Positions 37,734 to 47,720 of a stretch of 64,000 nucleotides of DNA are shown here, piece by piece; position 1 is the stretch's first letter; each line of letters starts with the position of its first letter. Both the position numbers and the translations under genes were made by a program. Under the pieces are notes generated by a model. It was not told the origin of the DNA, ran no database searches, and saw nothing but the letters and a program-made list of their open reading frames with translations. The stretch spans positions 37,202,001 through 37,266,000 of the forward strand of contig NC_086097.1 of the NCBI RefSeq assembly GCF_963921235.1, written 5' to 3'. This stretch comes from Mobula hypostoma (taxonomy: Eukaryota).

Positions 37734-40440
37734 CAACACACAGAGAATGCTGGAGGAACTCAGCAGTTCATGCAGCTTCAAAGGAAGAGTGAACAGTCGA
37801 CCTTTCAGGGCGGGACCCTTCTTCTGGACTGAGATGGAATGGGAAAGATGCCAGAATAAAAAGGTGGGGGGGGGAGGAAGAGATGCCAGAATAAAAAAGG
37901 TGGGGAAGGAGAAAGAGGCTAGCTGGTAGGAGCAGCCAGGTGGGTGGAAAAGGTCAAGGGCTGCAGCAGAAAGAATCTGAAAGCAGAGCATTGTGAACAA
38001 TGGGAGAAAGGTAAGGAGGAGGGGACCCAGTGAAATAGGCAGGTTAGGCAGGTGAGAACAAGTGAATGATCGGAGTGGGGAATAGGGGGGCAGGTGAGGG
38101 AAATTTATTCACCAGAAGGAGAAATCGATATTCATGCTATCAAGTTAGAGGCTACACAGACAGAATATAAGGTGTTACATAGAAAGATAGAAAATAGGTG
38201 CAGGAGTAGGCCATTCAGCCCTTCGTGCCTGCACCGCCATTCAGTATGATCGTGGCTGATCATCTAACTCAGAACCCTGTACCAGCCTTCCCTCCGTACC
38301 CCCTGATCCCTTTAGCCACAAGGGCCATATCTAACTCCCTCTTAAATATAGCCAATGAACTGGCCTCAACTGTTTCCTGTGGCAGAGAATTCCACAGATT
38401 CACCACTCTCTGTGTGAAGAAGTTTTTCCTAATCTCGGTCCTAAAAGGCTTCCCCTTTATCCTCGAGCTGTGACCCCTCGTTCTGGACTTCCCCAACATC
38501 GGGAACAATCTTCCTGCATCTAGCCTGTCCAATCCCTTTAGGATTTTATACGTTTCAATAAGATCCCCCCTCAATCTTCTAAATTCCAAAAAATATAAGC
38601 CTAGTCAATCCAGTCTTTCTTCATATGAAAGTCCTGCCATCCCAGGAATCAATCTGGTGAACCTTCTTTGTACTCCCTCTATGGCAAGGATGTCTTTCCT
38701 CAGATTAGGGGACCAAAACTGTACACAATACTCCAGGTGTGGTCTCACCAAGGCCTTGTACAACTGCAGTAGTACCTCCCTGCTCCTGTACTCGAATCCT
38801 CTTGCTATGAATGTCAGCATACCATTCGCCTTTTTCACCGCCTGCTGTACCTGCATGCCCACTTTCAATGACTGGTGTATAATGACACCCAGGTCTCGCT
38901 GCACCTCCCCTTTTCCTAATCGGCCACCATTCAAATAATAATCTGTTTTCCTGTTTTTGCCACCAAAGTGGATAACCTCACATTTATCCACATTAAATTG
39001 CATCTGCCATGAATTTGCCCACTCACCTAACCTATCCAAGTCACCCTGCATCCTCCTCACAGCTAATACTGCCGCCCAGCTTCCTGTCATCCGCAAACTT
39101 GGAGATGCTGCATTTAATTCCCTCATCTAAATCATTAATATATATTGTAAACAACCGGGGTCCCAGCACTGAGCCTTGCGGTACCCCACTAGTCACTGCC
39201 TGCCATTCTGAAAAGGTCCCGTATATTCCCACTCTTTGCTTCCTGTCTGCTAACCAATTCTCTATCCACATCAATACCTTACCCCCAATACCGTGTGCTT
39301 TAAGTTTGCACACTAATCTCCTGTGTGGGACCTTGTCAAAAGCCTTTTGAAAATCCAAATATACCACATCCACTGGTTCTCCCCATCCATTCTACTAGTT
39401 ACATCCTCAAAAAACTCTATGAGATTCGTCAGACATGATTTTCCTTTCACAAATCCATGCTGACTTTGTCCAATGATTTCACCGCTTTCCAAATGTGCTG
39501 TTATCATATCTTTGATAACTGACTCTAGCATTTTCCCCACCACTGATGTTAGGCTAACCGGTCTATAATTCCCTGGTTTCTCTCTCCCTCCTTTTTTAAA
39601 AAGTGGGTTACATTAGCCACCCTCCAATCCTCAGGACCTAGTCCAGAATCTAAAGAGTTTTGAAAAATTATCACTAATGCATCCACTATTTCTTGGGCTA
39701 CTTCCTTAAGCACTCTGGGATGCAGACCATCTGGCCCTGGGGATTTATCTGCCTTTAATCCCTTCAATTTACCTAACACCACTTCCCCTACTAACATGTA
39801 TTTCCCTCAGTTCCTCCATCTCACTGGACCCTCTGTCCCCTACTATTTCCAGAAGATTATTTATGTCCTCCTAGTGAAGACAGAACCAAAGTAGTTATTC
39901 AATTGGTCTGCCATGTTCTTGCTCCCCATAATCAAGTCACCTGTTTCTATCTGTAGGGGACCTACATTTGTCTTAACCAATCTTTTTCTTTTCACATATC
40001 TAACCAATCTTTTTCTTTTCACATGTTGCTCCTCATCCCTGAGGGTGGCGTCATCTTGGCACAAGAGGACGCAATGGATCAACACATCAGAATGAGAGTG
40101 GAAATCAGAATTAAAATGTCTGGCCACTAGAAAGTCCTGCTTGTGGCGGATGATGCGGAAGTGCTTGATGAAGTGAGCAATTTATGACGGATCTCACCAA
40201 TGTAGAGGAGGTCACATCAGATTCCTCCTTCTCCAGCCCTTTACCTTTCCCACCCACCTGACTTCACCTATTACCTTCTACCTCGTCGTCCTTCCCCTCT
40301 CCACACTTTTTTATTCTGGTATCTTCCCCCTTCTTTTCAACTCCTAAAGGAGAGTCTCGGCCCAAAATGTCGACTGTCTATTAATTTCCATAGATGTTAT
40401 CTGACCTGCTGAGTTCCTCCAGCATTTTGTGTGTGTTATT
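37734..40440. mobile_element. Penelope-like element in head-to-head inverted form (minus arm 37734-40220 interrupted by CR1; plus arm ~40217-40440)
   Basis: aatataaggtgtt (~38164-38176) resumes as gttgctcctc (~40025). At ~40217 the sequence switches to the reverse complement of ~37740-37980. Confidence 0.8.
38177..40024 (-). mobile_element. 5'-truncated CR1 LINE (RT) nested in the Penelope-like element
   Basis: ORFs 38269-39797 ([29 protein letters not shown]). 3' tail catagaaagatagaaaatag. Confidence 0.93.
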
Positions 40441-40469
40441 TTGTATCTTCTGCACAATAGGAGGTGAGG

Positions 40470-41720
40470 CAAGAAGAGAGAACGTTTGTAGTGAGAAGAA
40501 CTCTGAGTATACTGTCTGCTTTACCAAGGCAGCGAGAAATGTAGACAGAGTACATGGAGGGGATGCTGATTTCCGTTATCTGCTGAGCTGCATCCACAAC
40601 TCTCTATAGTTTGTTGTGCTCATGAGCAGAGCCGTTGCCATATCACGCCATGATGCACCTGGATAGAAAGATTTTTTTAATGGTATATCAATAAATATCA
40701 AAGGTTAATTTATTATCAAAGTATATAACTCTGAAATTCTTCTTCAGAGAGAATCAAAGGGACTCCTGAGAAAGAGGAGTTGCTGGTGAGATTTTTTGGC
40801 CATGTGCTTTGACTAAGAGTGGCTATTGGTAATGTTCACTCCTAAGAACTTGAAGCTCTCAACTTCAGCACCATTGATGTAGACAATGACAATTCCCCTT
40901 CCTGAAGTCAATGACCAGTTCTTTTGTCTTGAGAAAACGATTATTGCCATGACACCATATCCCTAGGCTCTCTATCTCCTTTCTGTCTTCCAGCTCATCA
41001 TGGTGATATCATTTGCAAACTTATATATGGAGTCAGAGCAGAATCTGGCCAGTCACAAGTGTAGAGGGACTAGAGTAGGGGACTGAGGATGCAGCCTTGT
41101 GTATTGATAGATTGAGAATTCTTACTGACTGTAGCCTGTTAGTCAGGAAGTGAAGGATCTAGGAAGATGTTGAGTCCCAGGTTTAGGATTTTAAAAATGA
41201 GTTTGCCTGGAAGTATAGCATTGAAGACAGAGCTATAATCAATAAACAATTATACAACATAGATGTCCTTAGTGTTCTAGTACTCAAAGGAAGAGTGTAC
41301 TGCCAGTGTATCAACACCATTTTTCCTTGAGCAGTTAGTAATGCCCATGATGCCCAGCCAGATACACTTGGGGATTGTTATCGGATAAGTGTTCCTGAAA
41401 TTTTTGCGTGTAGCCAGACTTTGCCCTTCTGATGCCTAAGATTAAGTTTCTCCTGGCTACTCTGAGAGCTGTCGTCTCCAGACTTGAAGGCAGCGTCCCG
41501 AGCTTTTAGTAGGGAACAAACCTCTATGTTTAACCAAGGCTTCTGCTTGGGGCGCGAGATGACAGTCCTTGAGCTACTGACGTCATCCACGCACTTACAG
41601 ATGTAGTCAGTGACAGATGAAGCCAGTGACAGATGAGGTACATTGCTTGAGCTCTACATCTTCTCTGTTTGTAGTGGCCTCTTTGAACATCTGTCAGTTA
41701 GTCCGTTCAAAGCACTTTAA
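40470..41720 (-). mobile_element. Rex1/Babar-type LINE fragments
   Basis: ORF 41378..41590 (RPKQKPWLN.EV.SLLKARDAAFKSGD), homologous to 25110-25260. Confidence 0.75.
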
Positions 41721-42214
41721 CGCATGTTACTTTGATTTTCTTAGCTACAGGGATGATTGTGGTCATCTAGAAGCAAATGGGAACCTCACATTAAAGCAGG
41801 GAGAGGTTAAAAGAGTCTTACACAAAAGGGTTTTCTCAGGATGAGAGATATACCATGAGAAGATATTTGTGAAGTAAGTCTTGAGAATTCTTGTTATTGA
41901 ATATATTCAAGACTTGGATCAAAACACTCTGGATGGAAGGGAATTTTGCTACATAGGGAAGAAAAGTGAAGCTTAAACTGTGGATGAGATATGTGGCCTT
42001 TTATACTGGAAAAACTAAAAGATTCAAGATTCGAGATTGTTTATTGTCATTTCCAGTACACAAGTGTAAAGGAGAACAAAATAATTGTTCCTCTAGATCC
42101 AATGCAGCGCAAAAAAAAAACACAAAATAGGGAATGCAATAATAATAAATCACAATAAATGTAAATACGTAAAATAGCTTATGTACATAGATTAACTGTA
42201 TGTCCATAAACAAA

Positions 42215-42860
42215 ACCATCCATAAGGCAATGCTTCACTTGCACTCCTACCAATCTAGAGTTCTGCAATTGCTATTCACAGAAACCAAAGGGGGATTACC
42301 TGATTGTTTCATGGAGTGCCTGTACTCAACCTGCAGGAATGAACCTCAGTTCCCAGTTGTCTAACAGTTTAATTCACCATCCTAATCAACTTTTCTGTCC
42401 ATGGCTTCCTGCAGCGTTGCAACAAAGCTCAACCAAAGGTTGAGGGAAGAATACCTTATGCTTGTTCTGGCCACTAGGAATCAACATCCATTTCTCCAAC
42501 TTTAAACAACTTGCTCTTTTTTTCCCCCTCTGTTTAAGAATAGGACAATTTTGCCCACCATATTGGTTTTTTTTTAGCCTGCTGAGTGCGTCCTAACAGA
42601 TCAGACCATACAAATTCAGCAACACGTTAAAAAGCAGCTTAACCTGATTTTAACTACTCCTTAATGGACTCAGTATTTCAGCCTTCCAGACAAACTCCCT
42701 TTGTTCCATCAATCACCTTCCCCCACCTTCTCGTACCTAGACCAATTTAGTTTTATCTTTTCAGTCCTGATAAAGGATCCTGGACATAACACAATAAATG
42801 TTTCTCTTTCTACAAGTGTTGTCTCACTTACTGAGTTTTTCTAATATTTTCTACTTTTTA
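42215..42860 (+). mobile_element. Very old Penelope-like GIY-YIG/3' UTR remnant
   Basis: aggcaatgcttcacttgc, atcaacatccatttctccaactt and degenerate cagtcctgataaagg motifs. Confidence 0.55.
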
Positions 42861-43569
42861 TCATCTGAAACAGTTACGTTGGGGAAATAGATATAAGATT
42901 ATCATTAGCAAAGAAAAATTCAATAGCACAAATTTCAGACAATAATGAAGGCAGATTAAAAGCAATGGGGTGGAGTAGAAACAGTCTCCAGATAGTTTGC
43001 TCATTATTTTGCACTGAAATATCCAAATTCAACAGGAATAACAATTATCCTAATGTGAAGCGAGAGAAACAAAATGGAAAAAAAAACACAAAATGTATAG
43101 TATTATTCCCAATGCTGATTTAGCTGCTTGTATAAAATCTCAGTGAGTTAGGAAGCAAATCAAATTTAGGTTAAGTAAACCACTGAAGTTCTCATTACAA
43201 TAAGAAAGTACACTTTCTTGTTCATGTGGATCCAAATACTTAGGCAAGACAACATGGGAAAATCATCCATATTATAAATAACACTGAGTTACAGTCTATA
43301 CTTGATCATTGTTTCCATCCTTTAAAACTAATTTTTTAAAAAAGGACAATATGGCAAAGCTCTAAAGGTTTTTTGGAATAAAAAGGAACTGGGCTTATAT
43401 TGTGTACAAGCCCTTGCAACTGTCAAGCAATGCTGAAAGGCTTGCTAGTGAAACATCTGGTATCATAAATAAAGGCAAGTAGTATAAAAGCATTTAAATT
43501 TTATTGAATCTGTATTAAATGTTTCTACTGTTTTCAATCTGTTCATTTATCTTTATATAAAAGAAGGAA

Positions 43570-43995
43570 AGGTGTAGAGTTGTAAAATTAGTCAGATCCA
43601 TCTTGAGCAATGGCCTCTAGTATCCAGGACATCTTCAAAGAGCGATGCCTCAAAGAGGCAGCATCCATCATTAAGGACTCCCATCACCCAGGTCATGCCT
43701 TGTTCTCATTACTACCATCAGGAAGGAGGTACAGAAGCCTGAAGGCACAAACTCAACGATTCAGGAACAGCTTCTTCCCCTCTGCCATTTGAATTCTGAA
43801 TGAACATTGAACCCTTAAATATTATCTCACTACTTTTTTTTATTTCTATTTTTGCACCACTTATTTAACTATTTGATATATTATACAGATATTTACTGTA
43901 ATTCACATTTTTTCTGTATTATGTATTGCATTGTACAGCTGCCACAAGGTCATCAAATTTCACAACATATGTTGGTGATATTAAATCTGATTCTG
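43570..43995 (+). mobile_element. Rex1/Babar-type 3' fragment
   Basis: ORF 43610..43792 (IIKDSHHPGHALFSLLPSGRRYRSL...FRNSFFPSAI). Tail aaatctgattctga. Confidence 0.85.
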
Positions 43996-43997
43996 AA

Positions 43998-44960
43998 TAC
44001 AAGAAATTCTGCAGATGCTGTTAATCCTAAGCAATACACACAAAATGCTGGAGAAACTAAGCAGGTCAGGTAGCACCTATGGAAGTGGACATAGTCACCT
44101 TTTCAGGCCAAGACCCTTCATCAGGACTGGAAAGGGCGGGGGAAGATGTCAGATAAAAAGGTGGGGAGGGGGAAGGGAAAGAGGACAGTTAGAAGGTGAT
44201 AGGTGAAGCCAGGTAGGTAGGAAAGGGAAAGTGGAAGGGACTCAGGGGGAGATGATAGGTAGGGTAGAAGAGGTAACGGGCCAGAGTGGGGTATAGGAGG
44301 AGGAGGAAGGGGGAAGGAATTTTTTTTTACCGGAAGGGGAAATTGATATTCAGGCTGGAGGCTTTCCAGATGGAATACAAGTTGTTGCTCCTCCTCCCTT
44401 AATGTGACACAAAATGAGGCCATAGACCTACATGTTGGAATGGAAATGGGAATCTGAATTAAAATGTTTGGCCACGGGATGTTCCGCTTTTGGGGAATGG
44501 GGCACAGGTGCTCAACAAAGCGGTCCCCAATTTATGATGTCTTTCACCAATGTAGAGGAGGCCTCATTGGGAGTGCCAAACGCAACAGACGACCCCAGCA
44601 GATTCACAGATAAAGTTTTGCCTCACCTGGAAGGACTGTTTGGGGGCCTGAATGGAGGTGAGGGAGGTGCTGAATGGGCAAATGTACTCTTTAGCCATTT
44701 GCAGGGAAAAGTGCCAGGAGGGAGGTTAGTTGGAAAAGAGGAATAAGGAGGAATGGACAAGGGAATCACAGAGGGAGTGATCCCTCCAGAATGCCGGGGG
44801 CGGTGGTGGAGTTAAAAGACATGTTTGGTAGCAGGATCCATTTGGATAGTGAAAGTTGCAGAGAGTGATGTGTTGGATGCAAAGGCTCATGGGTTGGTAG
44901 GTAAGGACAAGAGGAACTCTATCACTGTTAAGGCAGCAAGAAAATGGGGTGAGCACAGAG
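43998..44960 (-). mobile_element. Penelope-like 3' fragment (older copy)
   Basis: ORFs 44726..44956 (RVPLVLTYQP) and 44121..44423 (EEQQLVFHLESLQP). Hammerhead remnant at 44092-44129. Confidence 0.85.
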
Positions 44961-45242
44961 TGTGAGATGCAGCTCAGTCAGGCAACTAAAAGGGCAGGGA
45001 ATTTTGACAAGATAGTGTTGGCATAACAATGGATTCCTCATCAGAAAACTGAAAAAGCCCCAGCTGAGCAAATCATGCTATTGACAACCAACTTCTGAAG
45101 CAATGTCCATCCAAATGTCTCTTAAGTATAACAGTACATTGGTGTGCTGTTTGATAGTGGCATTTTAAAAGATGAGAAAATAAATCATTTGACGCAATGT
45201 AAACAAGTTTGTTGGTATGCCCTGCAAATGTCTAATAGTTAT

Positions 45243-46168
45243 ATCCCACTAAGCACATCTTTCCCTCCCCCCCCCGCATTCCGCAGGGATCGCTCCCTAC
45301 ACAACTCCCTTGTCCATTCGTCCCCCCCATCCCTCCCCACTGATCTCCCTCCTGGCACTTATCCGTGTAAGCGGAACAAGTGCTACACATGCCCTTACAC
45401 TTCCTCCCTTACCACCATTCAGGGCCCCAAACAGTCCTTCCAGGTGAGGCAACACTTCACCTGTGAGTCGACTGGGGTGATATACTGCGTCCGGTGCTCC
45501 CGATGTGGCCTTTTATATATTGGCGAGACCCGACGCAGACTGGGAGACCGCTTTGCTGAACATCTACGCTCTGTCCGCCAGAGAAAGCAGGATCTCCCAG
45601 TGGCCACACATTTTAATTCCACATCCCATTCCCATTCTGACATGTCTATCCACGGCCTCCTCTACTGTAAAGATGAAGCCACACTCATGTTGGAGGAACA
45701 ACACCTTATATTCCGTCTGGGTAGCCTCCAACCTTATGGCATGAACATCCACTTCTCTAACTTCCGCTAAGGCCCCACCTCCCCCTCGTACCCCATCTGT
45801 TACTCATTTTTATGCACACATTCTTTCTCTCACTCTCCTTTTTCTCCCTCTGTCCCTCTGAATATACCTCTTGCCCATCCTCTGGGTCTCCCCCCCTCCT
45901 TGTCTTTCTTCCCGGACCTCCTGTATCCATGATCCTCTCGTATCCCCTTTTGCCTCTCACCTGTCCAGCTCTTGGCTCTATCCCTCCCCTTCCTGTCTTC
46001 TCCTATCATTTTGGATCTCCCCCTCCCCCTCCAACTTTCAAATCCCTTACTCACTCTTCCTTCAGTTAGTCCTGACGAAGGGTCTCGGCCTGAAACGTCG
46101 ACTGCAGCTCTTCCTACAGATGCTGCTTGGCCTGCTGCGTTCACCACCAACTTTGATGTGTGTTGCTT
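45243..46168 (+). mobile_element. Young 5'-truncated Penelope-like (Neptune-type) element: Zn-finger linker, intact GIY-YIG endonuclease frame, 3' UTR, hammerhead
   Basis: ORF 45144..45770: CKRNKCYTC linker, VIYCVRCSRCGLLYIGETRRRLGDRFAEH, EEQHLIFRLGSLQPYGMN. Confidence 0.92.
46067..46104 (+). ncRNA. Minimal type I hammerhead ribozyme with intact core
   Basis: UAGUC-CUGACGA-A-GGGUCUCGGCCU-GAAA-CG-UC|GACUG: stem I UAGUC/GACUG, core CUGANGA and GAAA, stem II hairpin, palindromic ACGU in place of stem III, GUC cleavage triplet (cut predicted 46099/46100). Confidence 0.8.
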
Positions 46169-47438
46169 TAATAGTTATGTCCTGATCACTGTTGACTACC
46201 AAGAGATTCAGCAGATTCTTTGAAATCTTACTTTAAGATGGTTATTTCTTAGTATTTACAGTAAGAAAATCCTACCACCCATAAGTGTATCAAGCTTTAA
46301 TCAACTGATATCACTTAACAACACTACTGATAAATTGTTCCATCATGTTTTCCAATGAGCTAAGAGGAAGTAATTGGCAATATTAGATTTTTCTTTACTC
46401 CTCCTGACTAAAGTTGTGGAATGTATTCTACTGAATGGATTCCAATATCATAACTGCTTTGGAAAAATACACAATTCTTTAACATTGTTAGTCATCAGAG
46501 CACATTTACTCTCCCCAATAGTCTCAGCCACTTCATATCATATGACTGGTGAAAAAAAATCAAAGAATGGTAAAGACGGTGCTGGGGTCCTGAGAACTTC
46601 TGGCCAGAGATATTTTCCAGCTCTGCATCTCTTCTTTTCCTATCATTGGGGTTTGCTGCCCCTTCCCCTTAGCTTGTCCACTAACATTCTGAACTCAGGT
46701 ATGAGGTCATCAAAGGAGGAATTTACTACTCATTATAGAAAAACAGGTTAATAGATTAGCTGATAGTAAATCCAAAATACATTATTCATGGAAAATAAAG
46801 AAACTGTGAAAGACAAATGATAGAATAAGGTTTGCCATGACAGGTTCAGCAGACAGATGATATTATGCTAAGATTTATGTTAACATATACTTTAAGATAA
46901 ATTTCTGAATAAGAGAAACAGGAAAATATTTAGATTACTGACCCATAAAATTACAACTTATCCAAAGTTCAAGTTTACAACTATGATCATTCACTTGTTA
47001 ACCAACACTGTGACAATTCTTTTTCAAAAAAAAATCCTGCACTGACTACAGCATAAAAAAAGGAAACTTTTTGTTTAGTTTGGTTTACATAAGAGAATTC
47101 GCAAAGTGTCATTCACTACTTTTGCAAATATATATCAATGTGCCCTGTTGATGAATATCCTGCATTAACTGAGCCACATACGCGAACCTAACATTTCAGG
47201 TTGAAGTTGCTCCATCACAATAACTTGGTGCTTTTATTTAAAACCCAGTACAGACACATGTAGCTGGCCTCTACAAAAACAACCATAATCTACCTTAATA
47301 AATTAAACTCAAAACAACTCCGTTGAACCCAACACGCAATTTACCTACAGGTCGGATCACCCAAACCTACTCAAAAAGCATAGGAAGATTCCGTTTATAA
47401 AATGCCCTTTGCATGGTGTGGTTAAAATATTTCACTCA

Positions 47439-47720
<282 letters not shown>

